The position numbers and the translations under genes are program-made. Source: Neocallimastix sp. 'constans' (Eukaryota). From it: a stretch of 64,000 bases of DNA. The notes under the pieces were generated by a model. That model saw only the letters and a program-made list of their open reading frames with translations, ran no database searches and was not told the origin of the DNA. Location of the stretch: assembly GCA_050613775.1 (NCBI GenBank), contig JBODTK010000133.1, forward strand, positions 62,001 to 126,000, in the 5' to 3' direction. The first letter of the stretch is position 1; every line of letters starts with the position of its first letter. Shown piece by piece: positions 1 to 22,980 of this stretch.

Positions 1-253
1 TTATATCAAATGAACGACAAATGTTCATTATTATTAATATATATATTTCTAAAAAAAAAAAAAAAAAAAAAATTATATTATTAAATTAAATTTTCAATTT
101 TGAAAAAAAAAGAAAGAAAAAATATAAAATAATAATTGAATTTTTTTTTTTTTTTTTGCAAATTTTTTTTATATTAATTTTTAAAAAAAATGGAAAAAAG
201 GTTTTTAAAAAATAATTATTACTATACATTTATTATTTATTTATTATTGATTT

Positions 254-287
<34 letters not shown>

Positions 288-364
288 GAGTAATGAAATT
301 AGTATTATACCACAGAGTATATGAAAGTAATTACTTTTTTTTTTATTATTATTTTTAAAAAAAA

Positions 365-400
<36 letters not shown>

Positions 401-824
401 TATATATATTATCTTTTTATTTTCATTTTAATTTTCATTTTATATATTAAAATGAATTACAACAGAAATTATTATTTTTTTTTTTCTATATTTTATTACA
501 AAAAATATTTTTTATAAAATTTATTTATATAATTAAACTAAGAGAGATGAATTATAAATTTAGAAATTTTTAGGAAAAAAAAAAAAATTAAAAATAAATA
601 AAAAAAAAAAAAAGATAATAAAATAAAAATAAAAATAAAAATAAAATATATTTTTTAAAAAAAAAAAAAGAGTTATATTTAAATATATTTATATTAATAT
701 CATGATATTATAATTTTATAATTTTATAATTCTATTTTTATTAATTTAAAAGGCTTTTTTATTAAAAAAAAAAAAATATTGGTTTATACTATTAATGAAA
801 TGAATAAATGGATCGTACTATGAA

Positions 825-868
<44 letters not shown>

Positions 869-1314
869 AAAATTTCAAATTAAAATGGAAGAAAGATTAT
901 AGGTTTAAATTTTTTTTTTTTTAAATTAAAAATGAAAGTAAGATTATAGATTTTTTTTATTTGTATTTCTTGTTCATCTTTCTCTTGAAAAATACCTCTC
1001 TATTTGTATAAACTCAAATCATTAATTTTTTTTTTTTTTTTAATTTTATTTTATTTCTATTATAATAATTGGTCTTTTTATTATTATTATTAATTTTTTA
1101 TATATATTAATTTTTTAATGTTTTTTTTTTTTTTTTTTTTTTAATTTAATTATTAATTTTTCGCGTGTTTTTTTTTTTTTTTTTTTTTATTTATTTATAT
1201 AAAAAATTAATATTTTAAATTATTATTATTAATATTATTATTATTTTTTTAATGGTTTAACTAATGAATTTTTTTTTTTTTTTTAATTTTTATATTATTT
1301 ATTTAATTTAATTT

Positions 1315-1351
<37 letters not shown>

Positions 1352-2312
1352 TTTTTCTATTTTAATTTTTCTTTTATTAAATTTATTTATTTATTATAAT
1401 TAATTTAGTTTTTTTATTTTTTTTATTTTTTTTTATTGATTTTAATAAATGAATTATCCAGTCATTTTTCTTTTAAACTTAAATCCAAATTATTTAATGG
1501 CCAAAATTATAAAAAAAAAACAAAATAAAACAATAAAAAATAAAATAAATAAAAAAGTGGATCAGTTAATTGATGTATCATAAATAATAAATAATAATTA
1601 AATAAATAATAAATAATAATAATAAATAATAAATAACTAATAAATAATAAATAATAATAAATAATAAATAACTAATAAATAATAAATAATAATAATAAAT
1701 AATAAATAGAGTATTTATTAATAAATAATAAATATTAAATAATAAATAATAAATATTAAATATTAAATAATAAATAATTGAATATTAAATAATAAATGAT
1801 AAACAATATATAATTTTTATTATTATTATTATTATTATTAATATTAACTGTATTTGCTATCAATTTATATATCTATGTAATTATACTTTTTTCTTTAATT
1901 GAAATAGTATATCTAATTTATTATTTTTATTAAGATTAAAAATTAAACTATAGCAAAATAATTAAAAACTAAACAAAATTTAATAATTTAATAATTTAAT
2001 AGATTTTTTAATAATTTTAATTTTTTTTGTATATATCTTTATTCTATGATTTAGGTAAAATATTAATCATATGTATCAATATTAATTACATTTTTTTTTT
2101 ATCTAATATATTTTATTTTATTCTATTCTATTCTACTCTATTTTTTTATTGATAATAAATAAATAAATAAATTGATAAATAAATAAATAGAAAATAAATA
2201 AATGACATATTATAAAAGGATGAAATAACACAAATACTTCAATTATAAAAATAATAAAAAAAAAATAATTCGTTATTGCTTTTTTTAATCTTTTTTTTTT
2301 TTTTTTATAATA

Positions 2313-2370
<58 letters not shown>

Positions 2371-3368
2371 TTAACTTAGAATAAAAATAAAGATTTACAT
2401 GTAATTTGAATGCTGAAAAACGATTTGCTAACATTTAATTTTTATTTATTTATTACAACTTTTTTCATTAATTTTTTTTATTTTTATTTTATAAAAAATA
2501 ATAATAATAATAATAATAAAAAAGTTTCATTTATTATTAATATTAAATTTGCTTCATTTCTATTTGCTAATTCTTTAATTGGAATGAAAAGATCTTGATT
2601 TTGGATTTGGTTTTGGAAATGCATTAAATTTATTGAATGAAATTTTTTTTTTATTTTATTTTTTTACAATAAACAAAAACTAAATATATATATATTTTTT
2701 ATTAAGTTATTTAATTAACCATTATTTTTTAATTTATCAATATATATATATATTTTAAACAAAAAAAGAGAAATAATTTAATTGTAAAATAATATATCTT
2801 ATACTAAATAGTTTATTATTAAAAATGGATCAATAATTATGAATAACACTCTATACTAAATCAATAATTAATTAATTAATTAATCTTGTAATATATATTA
2901 AGTATAATAGAATTAACAATTTTTTTTAAATCCCGAAATTATAGGTTTAAAAAAAAAAAAAAAAAAAAAAGAGTTGAATTGATCACGTGGATGTGTCTTT
3001 AATAATAATAAATTAAACTTTTTATTTTTTTTAAATTTTTTTTTTTAATTTTGTTTGATATAAATAATAAAAATTAATAATTATGAATAAAAAAAAATAA
3101 TAATTAAAAAAAAAATAATTATAAAATTTGGTTTTAACAACTGAAAATTATTACATACCAATCATTAATTCAATCAATATTCATATATTCTTATTAAATA
3201 TATTCTTATTATTTTATTTTTTTTTATGCAACATTTTTTTTTATTTAGTTATAATTTGTACTACTATAAACCATAGTATAAGAAGTATAAATAAAGAAAA
3301 TAAATGTTAAAAATATTATTATAATAAAAAAATAACAGCAGTAATAATATATTAATATCTATGATTAA

Positions 3369-3402
<34 letters not shown>

Positions 3403-5038
3403 TAAGTAATATGGATGAAGAATAAATTTAATATTAGTATATTATTATAATTTTAATATAAATATCAAAATAATAAGCGAAACTTTTGATAGTGATAATA
3501 AATAAAGGTTTAAACTATAAAGCTTAATCTTTTATAAATAATAAAAAAAATGCTATGGTTCTCTTCATATATATATTATAATTTATAAGAATGGCTTATA
3601 TTTTAATGCTTTTTCATATTTTGTGAAAGTATTAATCATATAAATATAATTCATTAAAATAAAATGTTTCATTATGAATGAAAAATTATTATTAATGGAC
3701 TCTACCTTTTTATTATTATTATTTTTTATTTATTTATTATTTATTTAAATAATAATACTATCTTAATAATTTTTTTTTTTTTTTTTTGGTTTATTATCCA
3801 ATATGTTGTATACAATATATGAAATGTATGATACATTTATTTATATAATGTATAATATTTAAATAATACATAATTAATAATTAATATTTATAATTTAAAA
3901 AAATAATATTAGTCAATTATATTAGTTTAACCTTTTTAAATAATATTAGTTTTTTTTTTTTTAAATAATTGCATGATAGAATAATAATTTTATTAATTAC
4001 ATGTTTTTCTGAATGAAGTATTTTTATTGTTGAAATTAATATTAAATAGAAATTTATACAATAATAAAATAGTAAAATAATATAATAATAATAATAATAA
4101 AAATAACGGCAACCATAATTATTATCATATGATATTAGTTATTCAAGATTTAGGATTTGTCTATAGAGAAATTAATTAGGTTAGAATGGACAATTACTTT
4201 TAATACTTATAATAAAAATAATAATCATTTTGTATAGAAATAAAAATAATAACAGTGAATTAAATATTAAAAATTATTATGAAAAGGAATTAATAGAAAA
4301 ATATTTAAGATATTTCAAAAAAGATTTAAATGAAAAGAGATAGAGATTATTATAATTGTTATTATTATTATTACTATTATTATTATTTTTGTTAATAATT
4401 GTTAGAGCTTTTAAATTAAAAATTGAGTTTATTTTTATAAATTAATAATTAAAAAAGAAAAAAAAAAAATTATTATTATAATTCATTTAATCTATTTTAT
4501 TTATATATTTATTAATAAAAATTTAATAATATTGAAATTGAATATAGTTTATAAATATTTAATTCGTTAACGTTTCTATATATTCATATTAATCTAAAAC
4601 AATATTCCACATTTTAAAATTAATTTTGTTTGCATATTAGATTATATAAATATGCCTATAAATATACGAATATTAATGTGTTTTTAAAATATAATTTACA
4701 AATGCTTATTTAATATTTTTAAACCAATTTATTATATATTTTTTTAAATACTATATATAAGATAATATTAATATTAAAAAGTTAGTATATTTATAATTTT
4801 TTTTTTTTTACATTGCTTTTATCAATATAATTAACCTATGTATAATATGTATTTTATGTTATTTAATATTAAATATTTTATTTTTTTTTTAAAAAAAAAC
4901 ATCTATTACTTATAATAAAAGAAGAAAACATATATAAAAAATTTTTTTATTGCTTATCATAAAAAAAGTAAAGGTTTCAATGATTGAATAAAATTTAATT
5001 TAATTATTTATTTTTAATTTTTTTTTATTTTTTTTTTA

Positions 5039-5069
<31 letters not shown>

Positions 5070-5818
5070 TTTTTTTTTTTTATATTTTTAAACTTTAAAA
5101 AAATTTTTTTTTATTTTTTCCAAGGTGTGAAAAATTATAATATTAATATTAAAAAATTTTATTTTTTTTTCAATAATAAATAATAAATAATAATAAATAA
5201 TAATAAATAATAATAAATAATAATAAATAATAATAAATAATAAAATATAGTATTTAAAATTAAAATAGACACTTAAATAAATAAATTAAATTATTAATAA
5301 TAAATTAAATTATTAATAATAAATTAAATTATTAATTAATTATTAATAAAACAAAAAACAAAAAACAAAAAACAAAAAAACAAAAAAACAAAAAACAAAT
5401 AATAAAATAAAACAAAACAAAGCATAAAAGTTTTTAGTATAAGAAATAATACCAATAATAACAAAATAATTACAATATAACAATATTTATTATTAATAAA
5501 ATTAAAATAGAAAGAATTAAACATATATATTTATATATTTATTTATTATAGAATTATTATTAATAGAACTTATTTATTTATATCATTATTAATACCTTTT
5601 TATTTGTAAAAAAAATAATTTTCGATATTTCTTTTTTTTTTTTTTTTTTTTTCTAGAACATATAGAAAAAAAATTATAATAGATTCAATACTTAATAATT
5701 CAAATAAATATAAACCTATAGACTCATAAATACATATAGATAATAATAGATAATAATATATTTATATACTTTCTTCTTTAATATAATATTTAAAATAATT
5801 ATATTTCTGATCAATAGT

Positions 5819-13484
<7,666 letters not shown>

Positions 13485-13503
13485 AAAGAAGGGAGGAAAT
13501 AAA

Positions 13504-13547
<44 letters not shown>

Positions 13548-14302
13548 AGAGAAAAAAAATAAATAATAAAAGAAAAAAGAAATATAATTAGAAAAAAAAA
13601 AAAAAAAGCAAAAGAAAATATATAATATATATATATATATATTTTTTTTGTTTTTTTGTTTTTTTTTTAAATATTATATAAATTTATATATAAAAATTTA
13701 AAATTTATCGTATTTATAAATTTATAATATTATACAATATACATGACTCATTATTATTTTATTATTGAAATTATTCTTTAGTAACATTAATTTAATTTTT
13801 TTAAATTTCAATTTTTTTTTTATTTTTTTTATTTTTTATCACTATTAAATGTATGTATTTATTTTATTAATATATGTATTCATTTCTTTTATTATCAATT
13901 ATATAATACCTATATACATATAATACCTATCAACTATATAAATGCATTAATTTATTAATTTATTTTTTTGTTATCAATAACAAAATAAATAATTATAATT
14001 TAATTAATATTAATAAAATAAAAAAAAAAAAAATTAGCAAAATACAATGAAATTACTATTTAATTTTTTTTTTTTTTTTATTTTGTTATTTTTATATCAA
14101 TTTTAATAAATAAATAAATTTTTGTTGAAACTGTAATTTAAAATATTTAAAATAAAAAAAAAAAAAAGATTTTTTTTTTAATATTTTTTCTGTATAAATT
14201 TTTTTTTATATCAATATAATTAGAAATATTAATTGATAAATTAAAGAAAACTTTTTTATTTAAATTAGAATTAGAATGAATCATTTTAAAAAATTATAAG
14301 TC

Positions 14303-14336
<34 letters not shown>

Positions 14337-14774
14337 TTATGTTTTTATTCTATCATTTTTTATATATTATTATATTTTCAATATATGAATTATTTTATTA
14401 TATATGATAATTATAAATACAATAAATTAAATATTATCTTATTTGTATTAATAATAATAATAATAATATAAACTAATAACAAAAAAAAAAAAAAAAAAAT
14501 TATAAAACAATTCAAAAATAATAATTAAAACTTTATTTTATTTTATTTTTTATTTTAAAAAAAATTTTTTTTTTTTTTTTTTCATATAAAAATTAGCCTA
14601 TAAATTCTATTTTAGGATATAATTCTGTATTTTTTTTTTTTTTTTTTTTTTTTGGCTAAATTATGAAATGTCAAATTATAATGATACTTAAAAAAAATTA
14701 AATAACAAAATAAAAAAAATTTTTTTTTTTTAATTTAATTTATTCTTTTTTTTTTTTATTTTTCTGTATTTATT

Positions 14775-14805
<31 letters not shown>

Positions 14806-15777
14806 GAAAGAAAGAAAGAAAGAAAAAAAAGAAAAACATTTATATTTTCATATGCATGTATAAGAATATAATATAAAAAAAAAAAAGATAATATAAAAAT
14901 TATAAAAAATAATTATAAAAAAAAAATTATTATTTTTATTCAAATTAAATTACATACAATACATTACGGTGCATTACATTACATACATTAATATTAATGA
15001 AATTTATTAAAATTTAAAATAGAAAAAAAAATATTATTTTCTTTTTTTAAATCCACTTTTTATTATTAACAATATTAATGGAGATCGATCTAATTTGAGA
15101 TTAATTATTAAAATATAGAATGTATTGTGATTCTGATAATTTTTTTTTTTTTTTTTTTTAAATTTATAGATATATATTATATATTTTATATATATTTTAA
15201 ATATATTTTATAAGTCATAATTAATTTTCCATTATTTAATAAAAATTGCTTAGATGAAATAGGATAATAATAGTTTAATTAATTTTTATATTGTATTTAA
15301 AAAAAAAAAATGTAAAAATGTATTAGTAATAAGATTAATAAATGTTAATTGAAATAATAATAAAAAAAAAATCCTTATTTTATTTAGTTAAATAATTCAT
15401 CTATACTTTTATTTAACAGAAATAAATATTATTTATATATATATATAAATATGTAATAATATTATATAATAAATATTTCTTTTTATTATTAAAGTTGCAT
15501 AATCAGAAAAAATTAGTTAAGGCATTAAAAGAAAAATATTTATAAAAAAAATTTTTTTTTGATATAGTTAATGCAGATTCGGATCAATAAATAAATTATA
15601 GAGAATAATAACTATATGTAATATTTAATATGAAATAAATGAAGAAATAATAATTGATTTCTGTTAACTAAAATAAAACTGAAAAATATGGAAATAATTA
15701 TCACTATTTTTATTAATCATAATAATATTATTAATCATATTGATTCAAATATTATTAGTAAAAATAAGATAATTCTA

Positions 15778-17190
15778 ACAATAAATAATAAATAATTGAA
15801 TATTTGAATAATTAAATAATAAATAATTGAATATTTGAATAATTAAATAATAAATAATTGAATAATAAATAATAAATAATTTAATAATTGAATAATAAAT
15901 AATTGAATCATTGAATAATAAATAATAAATAATAAATAATAAATAATAAATAATAAATAATTGAATAATAAATAATAAATAATAAATAATAAATAATAAA
16001 TAACAATAAATAAATAATAAATAATAAATAATAAATAATAAATAATAAATAATAAATAATAAATAATAAATAATTAAATAATAAATAATAAATAATAAAT
16101 AATAAATAATAAATAACAATAAATAAATAATAAATAATAAATAATAAATAATAAATAATAAATAATAAATAATAAATAATAAATAATAAATAATTGAATA
16201 ATAAATAATAAATAATAAATAATAAATAATAAATAATAAATAATAAATAATAAATAATAAATAATAAATAATAAATAATTGAATAATAAATAATAAATAA
16301 TAAATAATAAATAATAAATAATAAATAATAAATAATTGAATAATAAATAATAAATAATAAATAATAAATAATATAATAAATAATAAATAATTGAATAATA
16401 AATAATAATAATAATAATAAATAATAAATAATAAATAATAAATAATAAATAATAAATAATAAATAATAAATAATAAATAATAAATAATAAATAATAAATA
16501 ATAAATAATTGAATAATAAATAATAAATAATAAATAATAAATAATAAATAACAATAAATAAATAATAAATAATAAATAATAAATAATAAATAATAAATAA
16601 TAAATAATAAATAATAAATAATTGAATAATAAATAATAAATAATAAATAATAAATAATAAATAATAAATAATATAATAAATAATAAATAATTGAATAATA
16701 AATAATAAATAATAAATAATAAATAATAAATAATAAATAATAAATAATAAATAATAAATAATAAATAATAAATAATAAATAATAAATAATAAATAATAAA
16801 TAATAAATAATAAATAATAAATAATAAATAATTGAATAATAAATAATAAATAATAAATAATAAATAATAAATAACAATAAATAAATAATAAATAATAAAT
16901 AATAAATAATAAATAATAAATAATAAATAATAAATAATAAATAATAAATAATAAATAATTGAATAATAAATAATAAATAATAAATAATAAATAATAAATA
17001 ATATAATAAATAATAAATAATTGAATAATAAATAATAAATAATAAATAATAAATAATAAATAATAAATAATAAATAATAAATAATAAATAATAAATAATA
17101 AATAATAAATAATTGAATAATTGAATAATAAATAATAAATAATTAAATATTAAATAATTGAATAATAAATAATTGAATAATAAATAATAA
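15778..17190. repeat. ~1.4-kb (AATAAAT)n heptamer satellite with ATTGAAT and AACAAT variant units
   Basis: Direct reading. It explains the spurious LLFIIYY ORFs. Shorter related tracts occur at ~1580-1800 and, in reverse orientation, at ~27295-27480. Confidence 0.95.
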
Positions 17191-17443
17191 TTATTAGTAA
17201 ATAAATGTTAAGTAACATTAATTAAATTCTAAACCTAACTATTAATTTGTTCAGTGAATGAAATTTTTAATGTTTATAAATGATACAAAAAAAAAATTTT
17301 TTTTCTTGGATGAATATAATATTTATATGGGTTAATATATAATATTTATATTAGATTAATATATTTAATATATATTATAGCTAATTCATGTTTAGCTATA
17401 ATATATATTAAATATTATAGCTAATATATATTATAGCTAATTC

Positions 17444-17474
<31 letters not shown>

Positions 17475-19149
17475 ATTTAAAATTTTTAATGTCACGAAAA
17501 TAATAAAAAAAAAATAAAAAAAAAAAAATAAAAAAAAAATAAAAATAAAATAAAAAGAACGAGAAAATCCATGATTTTTATTGGATGAAACATGTTAAAT
17601 CATAAATTATTTTAAATTTTTTAATTGTTTAAATTTTAAATGATCTTTTTATTATATTTATAATTTTTTTTTTTTTGGCAATGAAATTCAATTATTAAAT
17701 AAATTTGTTTGTTTTTATTTTTCAAATTATTTAACTACAATCAATAGATTATCAATGATTTAAATATCTTTTTTTAAATTCATATTTATTCAAATAATAC
17801 ATGTAAATAAAGAATAAGTATAATTATTATACATTTCACTGAACTTTTTATTTTTTATTTCTGTATTTACTTTCGACTTTTTTATTATATTTCATATTCT
17901 TATTTTTTATTATAATTTTTTTTTTCAAAATTTTATTTCATTTTTTTTTATTTTTTTTAATTTTTCCATTTTCATTTTTTAAAATTTAAAAATTTTTTTA
18001 GAATTTGTCACTTTACAACTTTTGCCACAATATATTACACTATATTCTAATATATTAAAACCTTCAATGGATTGAATTAAATCAAAGGAAACCTTAATTT
18101 TATTTTACTGTATATTACAATATAAAGAAATATATTGATTTCATTTAATTTTTAATTTAAATAAAAAATAAAAAAAAAATAAAAAACAAAAAACAAAAAA
18201 AAAATTTTTTATTAAAAATTAAATAATAAAAATAAAAATTAGAAATTAAATAATAAAAAATAAAAATAAAATAAAATAAAGATGGTTCTATTCTTTCTTT
18301 CCTTCCTTCCTTCCTTCTTTTTTCTTAACCTGTCCTTTTATTATTTTTTATTAATGATTTAAAATTATTTATTTTTTTTTAATTGCTAGTTTCTGTTTAC
18401 AATAGATTTATATATATAATATCTATATAGAGCCATGTAGAATACATTTATAGAGTGTAATAATAATATATATATAATATAATATAATGATAGATGTTTA
18501 AGTGGAAGTCAATTAATTGAAAATGTGTTCATTCTGAAAACTTTAAATTTATTTTTGTTAAGGAAAGAAAATGAAAAAAGAAAAAAGAAAAAGAAAAAAA
18601 AATTTTTTTAAGTTATATTAAATTAAAATAAATTAATAATTAATTTAAAGGAAAAAAAAAATTTAGTTTTTGAAGTGAAAAGTATAAATATTTGAAAATT
18701 TTTCCTTTTTTTTTTTTAAAAAATTTGCACTACTTAAAAAAACAATTTCGATTATATAAAAATTAAATAATATTTATATAAAAATTAAATATAATAATTA
18801 TAAAAATTAAATAATAATTAAAATAGATTATTTAAATTTTAACTAAATAAAAGAAAAAATTAATAGTTGAAATAAAAAATAATATATATTCTATATAAAT
18901 AAACAAATAAAAATAAAATAAATAAGAATAAAGAAATATAAAAAAAAAAAAATAATTTTGAGCGATTCGTTTAATTTTCATTTTTTTTTTTAACTAAAGA
19001 AAAAACTATATAATCATAAATATAATAATATATCAATAAAAAAAAAAAAAAGGCCCTTTTTTTTTATAAAGCATTAATTAAATACAAGTTTATTAAATAT
19101 TATATATTATATTAAAAAAAAAATAAAAATAAAAAAAAAAAGAGGAAAA

Positions 19150-20097
19150 ATGCACTTTACTATGCCAGAATATAATCAAGAATTTGTTAATTCTAATGTC
19201 TTATTAAAAAATATTTTCATTTCCAAAATGAATAATTGTCATTCTACTAATTATTTTGCTTTCTTAAGAGAAGCTGAAACTACTGAATATATTCCAACTG
19301 GACGTTCTTTAGGTACTGGCTCCTTTGCTATTGCTATTGAAGTGGTCCACATTAAAACTGGAAAAAAGTATGTCGCTAAGATTATGACGGCAGATAAATT
19401 AAGAGGATATGAAAAGGGTATCGAAAAGGAAATCCAAATTATGCAATATTATTCTAAAACTCTTTCAAAGATTCATGATAATCATCTTTTAAGATTAGTG
19501 GATTGTTTTAGAATTGTTAGTCATGGACAAACTCATATTTGTATGATTTTAGATTTATGTGATCAAAATGATTTATTTGATGCTATTTGTGATCATGGCA
19601 CTTTTCCTGAAGAAGAAGCTAAAAAGATTATGCGTTCTTTATTTAAGGCAGTGAATTATTTACATCAATGTGGTATTGTTCATCGTGATATTAAAGCTGA
19701 AAATATTCTTTTCAAGGAAGGTCAACCTATTCTTGCTGACTTTGGATTAGCCGAATTCTGTAAGAGAAATGAAACTACCTTAACCGAATATTGTGGTACA
19801 CCAGGTACTACAGCTCCAGAAATTATAAAGAATGAACCTTATGGACCTAAATGTGATATTTATTCTTTAGGTACTTTAACCTATTTCTTATTAGCAGGTT
19901 ATCGTCCTTTCGATTGGACTTCGGAACCAAGAGAAGAAATGGAAGCAGTATTAAATAGTAAATTTTGTTATCCTGAAGAAAGTTTCGGTCATATTTCATT
20001 GGAAGCTCAAGATTTCATTAACAAATGTATGGCAGTTGAACCTAAAGAAAGATTATCCGCTGAAGAAGCTTTAGAACATCCATGGTTAAGAGAATAA
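19150..20097 (+). CDS. Intronless Ser/Thr protein kinase, CAMK group (CaMKI/Cmk-like), 315 aa
   Basis: Gly-loop GTGSFA, VAK, helix-C Glu (EKEI), HRDIKAEN, DFG, CGTPGTTAPE, DIYSLG, ends HPWLRE*. Confidence 0.93.
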   Translation: MHFTMPEYNQEFVNSNVLLKNIFISKMNNCHSTNYFAFLREAETTEYIPTGRSLGTGSFAIAIEVVHIKTGKKYVAKIMTADKLRGYEKGIEKEIQIMQYYSKTLSKIHDNHLLRLVDCFRIVSHGQTHICMILDLCDQNDLFDAICDHGTFPEEEAKKIMRSLFKAVNYLHQCGIVHRDIKAENILFKEGQPILADFGLAEFCKRNETTLTEYCGTPGTTAPEIIKNEPYGPKCDIYSLGTLTYFLLAGYRPFDWTSEPREEMEAVLNSKFCYPEESFGHISLEAQDFINKCMAVEPKERLSAEEALEHPWLRE

Positions 20098-21965
20098 ATA
20101 GATAAATAAATAAATAAACAACGTAAAATCATATATATACTTAATATAAATATATATTATATATTATTAAAACAAGAATAAAAAAAAAAGAAAAGAAAAG
20201 AAAAGTTAATTGAGATAATAAATATATTAATTAAGATTTAATAAATTATTTTAATAAATCTTTTTTATTTATTTATTTATTTTTATTTCATCTATCTATC
20301 TTTATATTTTCCTTTTTCTTTTTCTTTTTTTTTTTTTTTAAAATATATATTTATATAAATTTTTTAAAAAATTTTATATAAATCAGTTATTTATATATTT
20401 ATATTAGAAATCAAAATAAATATTTAAATATTTATTTTTATATATATATATATATACAAATATATTTATTATTATTATTTTCTCTTAATTTATTTAATAT
20501 ACATCAAAGAATCAATAAATTCACCCATTTAGAATAATTTATTTATTAGTTTAGTATAATTGCAATTAATAAAAAAAAAAAAAAAATCATTAGAAAATTA
20601 ATTTATTAAAACCCAACAAATATTATATAAATAATTTTTATTATATTTATTATTAGAAAAAAATTTTTTTTTTTCTCTTTTATTAGAATAGAAAATAATT
20701 TTTATTTTTATAAAAAGAATTTTTTAATAATAATAAATAAACAAAAGAAAAAAGGAAGAAGAAGATTTTTTTTTTTTTTTGTTAATTTTATAATATAAAT
20801 TATTATTTAAACTTGTAAATATCTTTTGAAAATGCTTAGAAATAAATAAATAAATAAAAGCAAAAAAAAAAAAAGGAAAAAAAAAAAAAACCTTATTAAA
20901 AACAAAAGAAATAAATGAATATTTTTTTTTTTTTTTTTTTATTATATTAATTAAAATTAATATATTATTTTGTTCCATAAAAAAAAAAATGGATAAGCAT
21001 TTTTTTAAACAAGTTATAATAATTTATATACTTTTTTTTTTTTCTTTTTTTTCTTTTTTTAATTAATAATTTAAGAAGGAAAAAAAAGAAAGAAAGAAAT
21101 AATAAAAAAAAATAGTTTAATCTATATTTATTAAATTTTTATTATTATTAATATTATCAAAATTATTTATATATATATATATGAATACTTATTGATTTAT
21201 TTTATTGAATTGCACGTTCAATTTAAATAAAGTAAAGCTAAAAAAAGAAAAAAGATACTATCTTTTCTTTATATATATAAAAAATATATATAATAATTGA
21301 ATATATACATTAAATATTAAAGAATTATTTCATTAAAAAAAAAATTTCTCAACAAAACAAAACAAAAGTTTTCTGTAAAACAAAAACAAAAACAAAAACA
21401 AAAACAAAAAAATTAATAGTTAGCATAATATATATGTATATTAAAAAAAAAAAATTCAGTATTTTAATTTTTATTAAATAAATATATATATTATATATTA
21501 ATAAAAAAATAAAAAAAAAAAATATAAAAAATAAAATAAAAAAGTTTTTGTTATTATTGTTGTGTTTAAGAATTCATAAGTTAAAAAAAAAAAAAAAAAA
21601 AAAAGATTTATTATTTTATATATATTTATTATATTAATATGATTTTAATAAAATTAGCTCTTTTTTTTTTTTTTATTATAATAATTTCTATTTCATGTTT
21701 TAGTAATTATTTATATAAGAAAAGCACATGATTCAATGCAATAATACAATTTTCATGAAAATTATTTATTTAGCATATTCTCTCTTTTTTTATTTTTTTT
21801 TTATTTTTTTTATTTATTTTATTTATTTATTTTATTTATTTATTTTATTTTATTTTTTTTAATTTTTTTTTTTTTTATTTTCTTATTTTATTTTAATGTC
21901 TGCTCAAAAAATAAATAAAATGAATTAGAAAAAAATGTTAATGTATTTATTTAAAAAATGCATAA

Positions 21966-22004
<39 letters not shown>

Positions 22005-22407
22005 ATGTATTTTTTATTATATTAATTGAATTTACAAAGAAAACCTATAAAAATTATTCATTTATTTACTAAATAAATAAATAAAGAAGTAAATAAATAT
22101 TTATATAAATATATTTTTTTGTTCTCACTATTTTTGTATGAATATATTTATGATATTGATAATCTATTAAATAAAAATTATTTAATTTTATTATAATTGA
22201 TAATAACTTTATTAACATTTGTTTCTTTACTATATCTATATTATAAAATACATTAAATTTTATTTATTTTATTTAATATACATACTATACATACATTAAC
22301 TACCTTCTTGGTGGAAGAGATGCAAACATTATTGATTTAAATTATAAAAAGAAAAAAAAGAAATGGAATGTTTTGTTTAATAACCAAATCATATTATTTT
22401 TTAATAA

Positions 22408-22452
<45 letters not shown>

Positions 22453-22471
22453 ATAATGAATTAATTTTAAA

Positions 22472-22771
22472 AGTTACTTCTATTTGATGCATGTAAAGGT
22501 AGAAATGAAAATTTAGTAAAGTATTTAACTGAACTTGACACTGATATAAATAAAAAAAAAGATAATAATAGTGAAATACCATTTTTTTAAAACATGTGAT
22601 AATGGAAAAAAAATTATTTTTAGTAAATTATATAATTGAACTTGGAGCAGATATAAATAAAGAAGCGAGTGAGAATGGTGAAACATCATTATTTGATACA
22701 TGTGAAAGTGGAAATGAAAATTTAGTAAAAATATTTGAATGACGAAAGGTACTAATATAAATAAAAAATAA

Positions 22772-22810
<39 letters not shown>

Positions 22811-22980
22811 AATAATAGTGAAATACCATTATTTTTAATGAATATGAAAATGAAAATAAAAATATTTAATTGAACTTGGAGTCGATGAAAATAAAATGAA
22901 ATAAAAATAAATAAATAAATAAATAAAAAGTGAATCACCATTTTTTAAAGCATATCATAATGGTAATGACAATATAGTAA
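22472..22980 (+). pseudogene. Decayed ankyrin-repeat gene fragment
   Basis: Frameshifted pieces translate as LFDACKGRNENLVKYLTELDTDINK and ELGADINKEASENGETSLFDTCESGNENLVK, i.e. ankyrin repeats of the GETPLFxAC..GN..LVKYLVELGADINK type, broken by poly-A runs and stops. Confidence 0.8.

Noticed and set aside
1157..1170. TTTTCGCGTG, an E2F/SCB-like cell-cycle site
   Set aside because: Single short site ~4.6 kb from the nearest gene start in the window; cannot be told from chance.
1..5800. Short F/I/L/Y-rich ORFs here and in other intergenic tracts (e.g. 20724, 27866, 38421, 39172, 44565, 60832, 63371)
   Set aside because: Products of poly-A/T and TTA runs with no coding-like composition. No tRNA or rRNA genes were recognised anywhere in the window.
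15775..16877. 259- and 267-aa LLFIIYY ORFs
   Set aside because: Translations of the AATAAAT satellite.
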